Below are positions 38,101 through 48,058 of a stretch of DNA of 61,478 nucleotides, piece by piece. The DNA is from a virus (taxonomy: Duplodnaviria; Caudoviricetes), in the IMG/VR virus record IMGVR_UViG_3300020595_000038, positions 1 through 61,478 of that record; one strand, written 5' to 3'. Made by a program: the position numbers and the translations under genes. The stretch's first letter is position 1; every line of letters starts with the position of its first letter. The notes beneath the pieces were generated by a model that saw nothing but the letters and a program-made list of their open reading frames with translations, did no database searches and had not been told where the DNA came from.

Positions 38101-41100
38101 CAGACGCACCCTTATCACTAAGAGTACTTAAGAATGAGGTTAACTGATCCGGAAGACTTTGTTTGTCTATTCTTCGGTGTTGGACCCCTGATATCGATCC
38201 GCCATCATCTGTCTGTACAGTTCCAGAGAAGCGGGATCCATCTCCTTCGTCTTGTTGTCTTTGTGCATCGATATTTGAATCGCCTTGTCCTGACTCGAAT
38301 TTTCTTCCCTTGGACTGGAAGTATTCCTTTGTACGTGTTTTGCTAGTTCCTTTAAATAAGTCTTTTGATCCATTTTCTATATTATTTAAGATTTCGTTGT
38401 ATTGATTATTATGAGCAACGAATGTATCTACATAATGGTTGTAAAAGTACAAAACATTCTCGTTGTTTTCCAAATTTAATTTAGTTTCTTGTGCACTATT
38501 ACTCCAGTCAGAAACTGCTTGCATTACATTTTCATCTGTAATATCTTCTTCATTTTCAAATACAAACTCTGGAACAAATTGATACTTAACACCTAAGACC
38601 TTATCTCCTGCTTCATTCGTTATAAAAGTATAACCGGAAATGTCTGTCTTTATTGGCCCTAATTGAACACCTTCCTTGTCTAAATTTTCTCTAGCAAAAG
38701 TAGATGCTTCTTCAAAACTCATAGGAGTTCTAAATTGCATTTCAACAGCAGGTCGAGCGTTTGGACGTTTAGCCAATTCTCTTTCCACACTTTCAGGATC
38801 CATTCTCTCATCAATTGGTAACACCTCTGATAAAAACACAGACTCTTGCTCATGTTTCTTTGCTGACTCTAATGCTCTTTTTAAAACAGGAGTCATATCT
38901 TGACCTGACTTAACAATCATCTCAGCATCAAAACTTCTTTCAGGATATATTAAGTATTGTCCTTGAGTTTTGTTAACCTTTAATGATACTAGGTCACCAT
39001 CTCTTAAATCGTTCTGAATTGATTGTCTTTCCTCTTCTATTATATCTAAGTTCTCTTTTGATTCTAATACAGGATCTGTATACTGATCTCTCTCTGTACT
39101 TAAACCTAAGTAATATCTAGTAATATCGCTCTTGCCTGCTTCTTCTCTGAAATCAGATTTCTTAGCAGCAGTACCTTTTGACCAACCTTTCTTTAACCAA
39201 AGATCTTTTTCAGCAAACCATAAGTATGCTTGAAGATCATCAGGATCCATTCCTAGTTTTTGAGAAGCATTTATTATTACTCCCTCTGCTAGTTGGTAAT
39301 CAGATACTCCACCTGCATCAGCAGCATAGACTCTCTCATCTACACCCTGTTCTGCTCGCTCTGCGATTCTATATCTATCTACATTACCATCGTAAATCAT
39401 TCTTCTAATGGTACGAGCAGCCCACAAATCAATCGTAGGATTGGTTGTCATCCCTACTACATTCTCATAGAAGTTGTTAGTTTTGCTTTGTTGAGTTTGT
39501 TTAAGCCATATACCTGCCAATACTTTAGCAGCAGCAGGACTATTGATGCCGTACAACTTAGTAGGATTGTCTGTTCTAAATAAAGGATTTGCCTTTGGAT
39601 ATAGGTTTAATAATTTCCTTTTGGTTTCATTAATATCTTTTGGATCAGGCTTTATTCTTGACTCGCTGTATGCTGTCTTGCCTTGTTTTTTTAGAGCATT
39701 GACTGCTCTTCCTTTATATTCATTGAAAAACTCATTAAGTTCTTCTTCGTTTTCAAACTGTTCAACACGATCTATAAAGTCTTTGTATTCTTCAATGTAC
39801 TTATCATATGCTCCTTTTGAATATGCTTCTAAGGCTTGTGTTGCATACTTATAGTTCTGCTGAACATCAGTCTGACCTGAAGTAGCACCTAACAATCTCC
39901 CAAAGAAATTAGTTCTTCCACCAAAAGTATTTCTCATACTAATATGTAAGTCCTTATACCATCCTAATCCTTTGACTACTTCTGGTACATCTTTATTCGC
40001 ATTAAACTCCTCTACAATTTTATCTCCAATCTGATCAACTTTTTCTTCTACACTTCCTTTTAAATGTTTATTAATTCCATTTACTAAAGAATATGATTGA
40101 CCTGAAATCTTTACTTGTAACTTACCACTTTTAGTTTTCTTAAACTGATACTTTCCATCCTTCATGACTGGATTTAACTCCGCTAAAGTAGGGTCGCTGC
40201 CTAAAGTTTCTTTTAGGTTATTAAACTCTTTTATTGCCTCACGCTCTGGATTTTTATATCTCTGTGCATCAATAGCATCTATATCTATACTTTCTTTTTT
40301 AGAGTCTGGATCTATATTAGTAGCAGACATAATTTTCTCTGCACTAGAATTTATAACAGCATCTAAACTAGTTGTTTGTATATCAAAGTCTGCTTCCGTT
40401 GGTAGGTTTAAAGCAGATTTAATAATTTCTTTTACCTGGCTTATAATCTTTTCAAACTCTGATTGTCTCTTAGGATCTTTAAATATTTTAGCACTCTTTT
40501 CTCCTATTGCTTGAACTAATGCTTCGTTTAAGGCCCTGTCTCCGTATCCGTTTTTGACAGCATCTTTATGAAATTTAGTTCCCTTGATTAGAGACATTGC
40601 TTTCTTATGTGCCTCCGGATTTAACTCCGCTAACATATCTTCCCATATATGAGCGAACTCATGTATAGGCGTATCTAATGTTGCAAGTTCAGGGTTAATA
40701 AAAATCTCGTTAGTAGTTCGGTTTCTAAAACCTTTATTTTTACTAGGATCTAATCCATTCTCCCTTGCTTTTTCATTAAAGGCCTCCTGATCTAGAGTGA
40801 CAGTAGATCCTTTAAATACTCTTTGAAAATGATTGGCTAACTTTTTAATGTCACTAAAGACATCTCCTGTTTCAGGATCAATACCAGATATTTGAGGTTT
40901 TTGATCAGTCTTAGTTTTAGAATCCGATTTAGTTTTAGAATCACTTTTAAAACTGTTAGGATCTTGTTTTACCAATTTACCATCTACAACTTTATATATA
41001 TCATAGTTGGACATATCCCTTGCAGGAGTATTAGGTTTTGGTACAACAATACCTCTGCTTTCTTTTCGAGTTGCTTTATTTACTTTATTATTATTAGGTT

Positions 41101-43969
41101 GCCAGTTGTCTGGATCTACTGTTCCAGGCTTAGAAACCACAACATATCCACCTTCAACATTCTTTACAGTGTTTGAATAAATACCTCCTTCTTGAAAGTT
41201 TGGTGCTCCATCTTTACCATTGGCCTTAGCAACGTTAAATGAAGTCTCTCCTTTAGGTGCAACCCCTTCAGTAAAACTACCTTCAGTTTCTCTTTTACCC
41301 TTGATCTGACCTCCATTAACCCAGTTCTCAACAGCCTCTCGACTTTTTGTTTTGTGAGTAACTACATCAGAACCATATTTTTCAGGAACATTTTCTACTT
41401 CTATTGTTTCCTCTACAAAAAGTTCAACTTCATTTTCAACTTTTGGTGATAGTGGTTTTAGTATTTGATCTAATTCTTTATCAGCATCAGATTGTTCTTC
41501 TTTTGATACTTGAATCTCCTGTTCATTAAAGACTCTTATTTGTTTCTGACCTCTGTTATATGCAGCGGCCATACGTTTCATTCCATCTAAAACATTTCCT
41601 TGTTCATCAATAACAGCAGGAGCATTCTTTTGCTTGCCATCATATTCCATGTCAGGATTTTCATCTACAAACTTCTTGAATTCTTTATTTGTTTCATAAA
41701 GAGTTTCAAGGGTCACCCTCTTCATTTTAAAAGTTCTGTTCTGTATGTTCTCTAACTTTGATGCTAACTCTTTATCTGTTTTACTGTCTCCTACACTTTC
41801 AATAACAGAAACAACTTTACTACCATCAACAATAGAACCTGGTTTAGGCATACCACTTTTGATGTCTGCTTTTTTCTCCTCAACTATTGCTTTTGATTCA
41901 GGAGTTTGCGGAGCAGGTGAATTCATTTCATCATACACTAGAGCCGCTTCTTCAACTATCTGATTCATAGGAGTACCGGCATCCTTTAAAGGAGTAACAA
42001 TATTTTCATATTGTCTTGCTTTATCCAACATCCCTTCAGCAGTTTCTTTTGAAAAACTAGGATTCTTTTTCTTTAATTCTTTTTGAACTGATTTCTCAAA
42101 GTTTACAAAATCTAATCCTGCTGTAGTCCAGGCTTCTTTCTCCATTTGAGTTGATGACACACCCAAGTTTGGACTAGCCATTAATGTAGTTGCCGTTGCT
42201 GTAAGAATAAGTGTATTAATAAACTCATCTTTACCCATGAACTTATCTACACCATATATAGGCTCTGGAGATCTTTGATCATACTTGTATTTTTGGTAGT
42301 TTTCAAAACCACCTTGTACTAGTTCTTCTACTTCCTCTGAACTAACTTCTTTTATATATGCTTTACCACCTGCTTTTATAGCCATCTGTCTACTTCCGGA
42401 ATTTGCTAATACTTTAACCGCTTCTTTAGTAGCCTTACTACGTACACCCATCATTGCTGAAACACCTCTTCTTGCTAAAGGGTTATTAAATATCGCACCT
42501 GTAGCACCGGTAACCACACCTATACTTAAGGCCATTGCCTCTGCATCTTCTGGATCTACTCCTAATTCTCTTGCTTCTTTGTTTGTTTGGTGATATGATT
42601 TAAAGAATTGGTCACCCCCCATTACAGCACCTGCTGCTAATGATCCACCACCTGTATATGCTGCGGCTACAATTGCCGGAGCCATTTCTCCTACAGTCTT
42701 TAAAGTCATAGGTAAAATATACATTGGATTGTCTGCTAATGATGCACCTGCAACTTGATCTGGGATATAGGCAAACTGCCCAATTGCAGTGTCTTTCCAA
42801 TTATCAGAAGAAAAGAAATGTGAAATATTATCTGCTACATCTTCAATTTGTCTGTCAAATTTTTCGTCTTGAGCCGCTAAGGATGCATTTGTCTCATCTG
42901 AAGCAAGTGAACTTCCAATTGCATCTGCTAATAATACTCCCGGATTCAGTTTATCTCCATGCTTTCCAAAAAATTCAACTGCTCCACCTGCTAAGTCTCC
43001 TAAAGTCGATACAATTGCTCCTAAACCTACCATTACTGACGTGTCTAAGTAACCCGGTCCCATTGCACCACCTAAACCTGGTCCCATTGCACCACTAAGT
43101 CTCATGGTCTGCAACATATCTTTTGCTTCTGCTGAAACAAAATCTCCGTAATTGTTCTTTAAGTGATTATGATAACTTGTAGCCATGTCCTCGTGGGACT
43201 TGTACATCTTCATGAACGCTTCGTCTTCACGAAGTTCAGGCATATATTTAAAAAAATCAGCGTTTCTCTCTACATAATCATAAAGATTTGTATCATAGTT
43301 TTTTGCTATATATCTAAGAGCATTAACTTTAAACTTTGTTCCTTGAAAATTTCTTGCCTGTTTAGTAAACTCATAACTAGCCTTAGGATCAGAGAAATAA
43401 TCTTCCCCTTCCGCTAAGTCCCCACTATACTTATTTGTAAACTCTGGATCTGTTTGTCTTAAGACTTGACCAAACTGAATAAGGTTTTTCTTAACCGATT
43501 CATCAGTACCTTCTGGCATTAGGTTAGGGTTTGAAATAACACCATCTACCTCTTGATTATTATACATCTCTGTACCTTTATCAATAGATGCTTGTATCTT
43601 AGCCCACTTGCCTTGTGCGTTTTCCGGATTTACCTGAGAATTCACTACGTTAAGTGCTCCATTATTATTTTCGTATTCAGGAAACTGAACACCCTCTAAC
43701 TCTGGAAATAGGTTTGGAAACTTAGAATTTAATTCATCGCCTTCTTCGTAACGTCCTCTATTGAATGTATTACCCCATGTTACAGCATCTTGAAATTGCT
43801 CCTGATTTAAACCAGGAATAACATTTTGAATATCTGCAATTTGAAAGTTAGAAGAACTAGTTCCTCTTGCACGTCTTAATCTGTCTGCAAGAATAGTTAA
43901 TTGATCTTGTTTATCGTCTATACTTAAATCTACAAAAGGATCAACTCCTAAGATATCTTCGTCTTCCAT
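35174..43969 (-). CDS. Giant polyvalent internal virion/ejection protein, 2931 aa
   Basis: Gly/Ala hydrophobic helices, ParB-like motif, HEFAH zincin, glycosylase-like domain, long helical C-terminus. Confidence 0.75.
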   Translation of the reverse strand: MEDEDILGVDPFVDLSIDDKQDQLTILADRLRRARGTSSSNFQIADIQNVIPGLNQEQFQDAVTWGNTFNRGRYEEGDELNSKFPNLFPELEGVQFPEYENNNGALNVVNSQVNPENAQGKWAKIQASIDKGTEMYNNQEVDGVISNPNLMPEGTDESVKKNLIQFGQVLRQTDPEFTNKYSGDLAEGEDYFSDPKASYEFTKQARNFQGTKFKVNALRYIAKNYDTNLYDYVERNADFFKYMPELREDEAFMKMYKSHEDMATSYHNHLKNNYGDFVSAEAKDMLQTMRLSGAMGPGLGGAMGPGYLDTSVMVGLGAIVSTLGDLAGGAVEFFGKHGDKLNPGVLLADAIGSSLASDETNASLAAQDEKFDRQIEDVADNISHFFSSDNWKDTAIGQFAYIPDQVAGASLADNPMYILPMTLKTVGEMAPAIVAAAYTGGGSLAAGAVMGGDQFFKSYHQTNKEARELGVDPEDAEAMALSIGVVTGATGAIFNNPLARRGVSAMMGVRSKATKEAVKVLANSGSRQMAIKAGGKAYIKEVSSEEVEELVQGGFENYQKYKYDQRSPEPIYGVDKFMGKDEFINTLILTATATTLMASPNLGVSSTQMEKEAWTTAGLDFVNFEKSVQKELKKKNPSFSKETAEGMLDKARQYENIVTPLKDAGTPMNQIVEEAALVYDEMNSPAPQTPESKAIVEEKKADIKSGMPKPGSIVDGSKVVSVIESVGDSKTDKELASKLENIQNRTFKMKRVTLETLYETNKEFKKFVDENPDMEYDGKQKNAPAVIDEQGNVLDGMKRMAAAYNRGQKQIRVFNEQEIQVSKEEQSDADKELDQILKPLSPKVENEVELFVEETIEVENVPEKYGSDVVTHKTKSREAVENWVNGGQIKGKRETEGSFTEGVAPKGETSFNVAKANGKDGAPNFQEGGIYSNTVKNVEGGYVVVSKPGTVDPDNWQPNNNKVNKATRKESRGIVVPKPNTPARDMSNYDIYKVVDGKLVKQDPNSFKSDSKTKSDSKTKTDQKPQISGIDPETGDVFSDIKKLANHFQRVFKGSTVTLDQEAFNEKARENGLDPSKNKGFRNRTTNEIFINPELATLDTPIHEFAHIWEDMLAELNPEAHKKAMSLIKGTKFHKDAVKNGYGDRALNEALVQAIGEKSAKIFKDPKRQSEFEKIISQVKEIIKSALNLPTEADFDIQTTSLDAVINSSAEKIMSATNIDPDSKKESIDIDAIDAQRYKNPEREAIKEFNNLKETLGSDPTLAELNPVMKDGKYQFKKTKSGKLQVKISGQSYSLVNGINKHLKGSVEEKVDQIGDKIVEEFNANKDVPEVVKGLGWYKDLHISMRNTFGGRTNFFGRLLGATSGQTDVQQNYKYATQALEAYSKGAYDKYIEEYKDFIDRVEQFENEEELNEFFNEYKGRAVNALKKQGKTAYSESRIKPDPKDINETKRKLLNLYPKANPLFRTDNPTKLYGINSPAAAKVLAGIWLKQTQQSKTNNFYENVVGMTTNPTIDLWAARTIRRMIYDGNVDRYRIAERAEQGVDERVYAADAGGVSDYQLAEGVIINASQKLGMDPDDLQAYLWFAEKDLWLKKGWSKGTAAKKSDFREEAGKSDITRYYLGLSTERDQYTDPVLESKENLDIIEEERQSIQNDLRDGDLVSLKVNKTQGQYLIYPERSFDAEMIVKSGQDMTPVLKRALESAKKHEQESVFLSEVLPIDERMDPESVERELAKRPNARPAVEMQFRTPMSFEEASTFARENLDKEGVQLGPIKTDISGYTFITNEAGDKVLGVKYQFVPEFVFENEEDITDENVMQAVSDWSNSAQETKLNLENNENVLYFYNHYVDTFVAHNNQYNEILNNIENGSKDLFKGTSKTRTKEYFQSKGRKFESGQGDSNIDAQRQQDEGDGSRFSGTVQTDDGGSISGVQHRRIDKQSLPDQLTSFLSTLSDKGASVSKLLYGIKTYSQRVDGKELSTEEARLVLNKFMGTKGMKQRGFEENSINKAKNDDVGKSEVYDWVNENPNYYETMSMQETMEDIIDQVNQQEGGFENEGVIKDLLKKNPTIKELPRVQLARQAALHHYGLKVSKLRSEGASQSEIDNALETMSAIEFQLAEDGTLSGQASAALRSWTAQTSASLIDRTEIAMEKFNEAFDKRGSIGHFINRLFGGRKTKLESTTLSPEQRAKIQELHEIIKESPENSELANVAMRSMYKYMDSVVPSYSWQDTFFALQYAAMLSGASTQVLNATSGSANIVLQPLMDMSRVDRIFTGGYLNFIRKIGNGSNRRGLSQGYNMAMDIMKNGARVDKYQGTESNNESGQYNVLETTEFKGGKANPYNYYKFVGRLLNSTDRFISKVGYEGRYYNYLLDQLQKDGVPRNELRQRAADLYLATEVKTHAKEEMEALMDRMRKADPDTDFSNIEVVRVRELMHEAMAKRYSEDFVNKSDAELEVMKEKDGFDGTIEEFKEFMKAMKEAEIKGIATDANLASNAQVFIDNRGGPFYTHPIAFVANKIRQASNDPDRSFLGKLVLKSFVPFTSIIGSIGEYMIDVTPGFGLARAYATKDGLGDKGTRMREEQLSRAYFGTTSFLGLAALAAMAYEDDDENPFFEVSGGGYNNSNPYTRSDMKNAPLPPYTVKIGDATMDYRNIIPLSIPLAIIGNYMETMKMTGGKGEVFDDMQDRLLIAYANSANLIMDSSVLTSVKDMTEAVTKSFTGRGTQYDPNKVGDDDMTRTLQRMGKSSIRSVGGTLLRPLPQNANLFRQATKIFDANSYSAGDAKNALLYAAGLSQVFGKPKIDAFGEEAKSYPGETVIPYTHWRGIRGEDPRWAYLDKYNAYPGKIQNRPLRVGRDLRVLEPEELYQHQQTTGLEFSKMLVRYMNGRGKKDDKILTHTGKSQSIHKKAIAKMWTAAQAKSKLKNQKVWRQTILD

Positions 43970-43972
43970 GTT

Positions 43973-45907
43973 TTATTTTTCTTGATTAAGATTAAACTCT
44001 CCTTGTCCTCCAGAGATTTCACTAATAAGTGCTGAAACTTTTATATTAGCAGTTTGTACCGGCCCGTATGATCCATCATCTTGCATTGCTCTATAAGACA
44101 ATACTCCATATTTTTTAGAGAATCTTCTTCCGGTATAGTTTCCATCTCTATCAAACTTCACGTACTTAACTTTTCGTTCTGTAACCTGCTTATTGTCTTT
44201 ATCTACTAATCCTTTAGACTCATGTCCTGTCTTAGCGAAGAAAGTATTTACAGGCAGTAGTGCTGCGTCAATTGCTTTATTATTATTATCAGCGTTATAA
44301 ATTGAGGTTTGTAACTCAGCCTTATCAAATGCACCTGCTTCTTGTGCTTGGTCTTCTGCTTGCTTTTGTTTTACAATTGCTGCTGCTTGACCTTTTTTTG
44401 TGACTCCAGTCTCCAATATTTGCTTATTGTTACTTGCATCTCTAGACAATACACCTTTCTTTTTTGCTATATGTTGCCAAGCATCATAATACTTCTGACC
44501 TCCTGCTCCTGATCCCCAAACTCCTTTAATATTTTGAACAAACTGATCTGCCGTTTTATCATTATAAACAGTATATTGTGCATCTCCATTTGCATCCGAT
44601 CCCTCAAAATACAGTGTTCTTTCTCCTGAATCCGGATCTATCTCCATATATGTTTTCGAAGGATAACCCCAAGTATCTTTCATAGCACCAGTGGCTAAAT
44701 CTTCTGTACTAAATCTTCCCAAGTTATATTTTCCTTTTTGGAAACTTGAAATGTCAAGCATTTGAGTCATGTTACCATCACCATTTGTATCAACCTGTGC
44801 AAAAGGAACCGACTCACTACCACCTGGTAACTGAGAAAGGTCTAGGTTTTTAAGTTGATCAACATTGTTAAGTAAGTTATTTACTACTTCTGCTTTAACT
44901 TGCAACTCCACCGCAGCACCACTTCCTGAACTAGGATCTTGTGGTCTATTTCTAAACTCTTTATCAGTCTTACTATCAATAGCCCCTCCAGGAGTTAATT
45001 TCTTCATCTCAGATAAAACAAACTGTTGCTCGTATGTTTCTTTGGCTGTTGCATTAAGTACTTCACCAGGATTAGAGTTTTCTTTATGCTGTTCGTTTAC
45101 ATAATCATCCATTAATGTTGCTGCTGCATCATCTATACCTCTATATAATTCTACTATCCCCATAGGAGGTAATTTTGTTTTATCAAAGGCAGGTACATAC
45201 ATTCGGTTTTTTGCATCATATGTATATCCTGTAACAAATTTCTGACCTCCTGTTGTAGTTGTGAAAGAAGCAAATTCAGAATTTACATTTCCTAAACCAC
45301 CTGTGTTTTCTATCTTCTGTACAATCTCTCCTAATTTACTTTGAAAGTCTGTTCTTACTACACCATCTTTAATATTCGTTTTATCGTTTTTAAAACTAGA
45401 TAGAGCATCTTGTATATTGGCACTTGATGTGTCAATACCTGTTCCTACTATGCCGTTTTCTTCATCACCATTAATTTGGTCGTGTAATCGTGCACTAAGA
45501 TTAGGATCATAGTATTTACTACTAGGATCAGCATCGAAATCAGTAGTAGTCCTTTCCATCTCTGTAGTAATCTTTGCTTGTTTAGCAACCATTACTCCTA
45601 ACTTTGCATTTGCCGAAGCCAGAGTAGATGCATAAGCCTTACTATAAGTAGGCATGTCTGTAAGTTGTTCTATATAACCTCCAATTTCATTTGCCATGTC
45701 ATCAGAAAAATGACCTGAAACAATACCATCTCTTAATTTTTGAGCCTGTTCAAACTTTTTGTTTTTTGCTTCAGTAACAACTTTTACATTGTTTTGTATA
45801 GCCTGGTTTAATTGAGCCGCACCTGCGTCTATAAAGCCCCCTCCAAAGAATTGACCTACGTTAACTTCTGTGCCTTGACCTAGTAATGTCGGTGTGTATT
45901 TTGCCAT
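43973..45907 (-). CDS. Putative internal virion (ejection) protein
   Basis: Synteny; Q/A-rich N-terminus. Confidence 0.55.
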   Translation of the reverse strand: MAKYTPTLLGQGTEVNVGQFFGGGFIDAGAAQLNQAIQNNVKVVTEAKNKKFEQAQKLRDGIVSGHFSDDMANEIGGYIEQLTDMPTYSKAYASTLASANAKLGVMVAKQAKITTEMERTTTDFDADPSSKYYDPNLSARLHDQINGDEENGIVGTGIDTSSANIQDALSSFKNDKTNIKDGVVRTDFQSKLGEIVQKIENTGGLGNVNSEFASFTTTTGGQKFVTGYTYDAKNRMYVPAFDKTKLPPMGIVELYRGIDDAAATLMDDYVNEQHKENSNPGEVLNATAKETYEQQFVLSEMKKLTPGGAIDSKTDKEFRNRPQDPSSGSGAAVELQVKAEVVNNLLNNVDQLKNLDLSQLPGGSESVPFAQVDTNGDGNMTQMLDISSFQKGKYNLGRFSTEDLATGAMKDTWGYPSKTYMEIDPDSGERTLYFEGSDANGDAQYTVYNDKTADQFVQNIKGVWGSGAGGQKYYDAWQHIAKKKGVLSRDASNNKQILETGVTKKGQAAAIVKQKQAEDQAQEAGAFDKAELQTSIYNADNNNKAIDAALLPVNTFFAKTGHESKGLVDKDNKQVTERKVKYVKFDRDGNYTGRRFSKKYGVLSYRAMQDDGSYGPVQTANIKVSALISEISGGQGEFNLNQEK

Positions 45908-45919
45908 AGTATGTTTTGT

Positions 45920-46498
45920 TTATGCTATACCTTCTGCTGTTGCAGCAGACCCCATGTTGGCTAGACCTGCTCCTGCCTGGTTTAATCCACCAAAAGTCAT
46001 CTGTCTAGACATAGCGTCATTTGCTAAAGTTCCTTGTAGTTTCATTTTAAAAGGATCTAACTTATTTAATTTAAATGCTTGATCTTTTGCTTGGGCCATA
46101 TTAGTACCGGCCTCACGCATGTTAGATAATCTGTTTGCCCTTTCTTGTGCTCCAGACATTCTGTTTTTAATTAAAGCATCGTTTGTTCCTGCTTCTGCAC
46201 TCATACCAATTGCTAACTGATCCTCTAAAGAACCGGATGCTGATTGTGCTCTAGCAACAGAATTTTGTGCATTCGTAAACAAAGCGTTTTTCATGTCTTG
46301 TTGTTCTGACAATCTTCCATCTTTCATGTTACGAGTAAGTTCTAAATCTTGACTTATTTCTTTTGGAATTTCATACTGTGGTCTTTTAGCAAGTAAACTT
46401 TCCAATCTTCTTTGTCTCTTTTTTTTTCCAAATATTCCTGAGGCTGCTTGTGCTAAACCTCCAAGGGCTTGTATACCCCCTCCAATCATTCCTAACAT
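45920..46498 (-). CDS. Putative small ejection protein
   Basis: Gly/Ala amphipathic termini MLGMIGGGIQALGG... Confidence 0.6.
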   Translation of the reverse strand: MLGMIGGGIQALGGLAQAASGIFGKKKRQRRLESLLAKRPQYEIPKEISQDLELTRNMKDGRLSEQQDMKNALFTNAQNSVARAQSASGSLEDQLAIGMSAEAGTNDALIKNRMSGAQERANRLSNMREAGTNMAQAKDQAFKLNKLDPFKMKLQGTLANDAMSRQMTFGGLNQAGAGLANMGSAATAEGIA

Positions 46499-46505
46499 AT
46501 CTTTA

Positions 46506-48053
46506 TTATTTTTTTGTTCTTGGTTGTCTATACTGTGGGATTGGCTCTTGTGTTGTGTGACCTTTACTTGTTATGTATCCTATATTAGAATGCTTAACCT
46601 CTAAGTCTTCCTGTCTAAAAGCCATAAATACTTTTATATATTGCCCCCTTAATTTTGTTCCTCTCATTAATCTATCTCCGTATGTAGAATTATCTCCTAC
46701 ATTTGGATCATTAGTATCTCCAAACATTTCTGAATAATAAGTTCCTTCTTTAAGAACATAATCTTTAGCATTAAGGTCACTATTCATAGTCCAGTTATCT
46801 ATCGTCTCAAATCTCGTAATCGTTGGTTTTGCGTTACCTTCCACAGCGTGTGTCATAAACACCTTAGGCTGAGATGATTGAACGTTTTCTACATACGATA
46901 CTTGCGTAGGATATCTACCATTGTAAAAGTAATTCTTCTTAGTGGAATCATCATGAATATATAACTGTCCATTTACAAAGGATGCAAATTCTGTTTTGTA
47001 CGTACAAAAATATTCAGGAGTAAAAGAATACCTAGTAGTCCATCTTTGTGCTCCCTCACTCCATGCTAGTGACGTTCTACTTCCTTCTTTTACAACTTCA
47101 GTTATCTCTTCAATCTTCTTAAATACCTGAACGTTCGTTTGCCAGGTATAACTACCGGCATTACTATTTTCATAAGTAAATTCTATTTGAGGGTTTGAGC
47201 CATGTGCACTAGTTATTGTTAACTCAAGCCCAGAATTAGAATATCCACTAGCCAAATCATTTTGTGAAAATATATTTGATTTTTGAAACCCTATTGCTAC
47301 GTCTAAATCAACCTTAGGTGTTATAGCAGTTCCTGCATCTATTATTTTAAAAATAACACCACCACCAAACACATCTCCAACGGAAACATTATCTGTTGTT
47401 GTTTGAGATCTAACTGCTCTTACTCTAAACGGATGATGTTTTGCTCTACCAAAATTACCACCTCCACCTGAATTAGGATTAAAAGACATGCTCTTAACAG
47501 GGGTTTTAGAGGAAAGAGTACTGGTTTCATATGATGCCCAGTAATTTTTAACTATAGCATAGGTATTATCTTTTCTTAATTTAGACCCTCCTTGTGATAT
47601 TATTACAGGATCCAGTTCAGCCATTAGGTTATATAGATTACCCAGTTCAACTGAACTTGGTAAAAACCAATCGTTATATGTTACTCCTGAAACAGTCCTT
47701 GTTATATCCGATGCTACTTTAGCCGCAGACGTTTCATGACCTGTTTGGTTTATAATTGCTGCTGTATTTAATTCTCCACTTGCATTAGTAGCACCTGCAT
47801 AATATTCTCCGTTTGGCTCATTATATGGTGCTCTAACATTACTCCAATGTATGTTCTCACTTTGAGCAATATTATATTCTGGACCCACACCTGTCATAGG
47901 AACAGTTACGCTATGCGGAGTTCCTTCATGTAAGTCAACTATATACACAGTCTTTCCTGTAGAGGTAGGCACATCATTGCTTATATCAAAAACTATTTTG
48001 ATTTCATCTCCGGGATTAAAGTCTGTGTCTAATATAAAACTACTACTTATCAT
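46506..48053 (-). CDS. Tail nozzle C-terminal part with inserted DUF1566-like lectin domain
   Basis: DWFLPSSVEL...YWASYE...RVRAVRS; then LAWSEGAQRWTTRYSFTPE...LRGQY. Confidence 0.7.
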   Translation of the reverse strand: MISSSFILDTDFNPGDEIKIVFDISNDVPTSTGKTVYIVDLHEGTPHSVTVPMTGVGPEYNIAQSENIHWSNVRAPYNEPNGEYYAGATNASGELNTAAIINQTGHETSAAKVASDITRTVSGVTYNDWFLPSSVELGNLYNLMAELDPVIISQGGSKLRKDNTYAIVKNYWASYETSTLSSKTPVKSMSFNPNSGGGGNFGRAKHHPFRVRAVRSQTTTDNVSVGDVFGGGVIFKIIDAGTAITPKVDLDVAIGFQKSNIFSQNDLASGYSNSGLELTITSAHGSNPQIEFTYENSNAGSYTWQTNVQVFKKIEEITEVVKEGSRTSLAWSEGAQRWTTRYSFTPEYFCTYKTEFASFVNGQLYIHDDSTKKNYFYNGRYPTQVSYVENVQSSQPKVFMTHAVEGNAKPTITRFETIDNWTMNSDLNAKDYVLKEGTYYSEMFGDTNDPNVGDNSTYGDRLMRGTKLRGQYIKVFMAFRQEDLEVKHSNIGYITSKGHTTQEPIPQYRQPRTKK

Positions 48054-48058
48054 ATTTC

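Noticed and set aside
35174-43969. crAss-like virion RNA polymerase
   Set aside because: No DxDxD polymerase motif recognised in this protein
35365-45104. Many short antisense or alternate-frame ORFs within long genes (also in 4303-12713 and 57277-61299)
   Set aside because: Shadow ORFs of genuine coding frames
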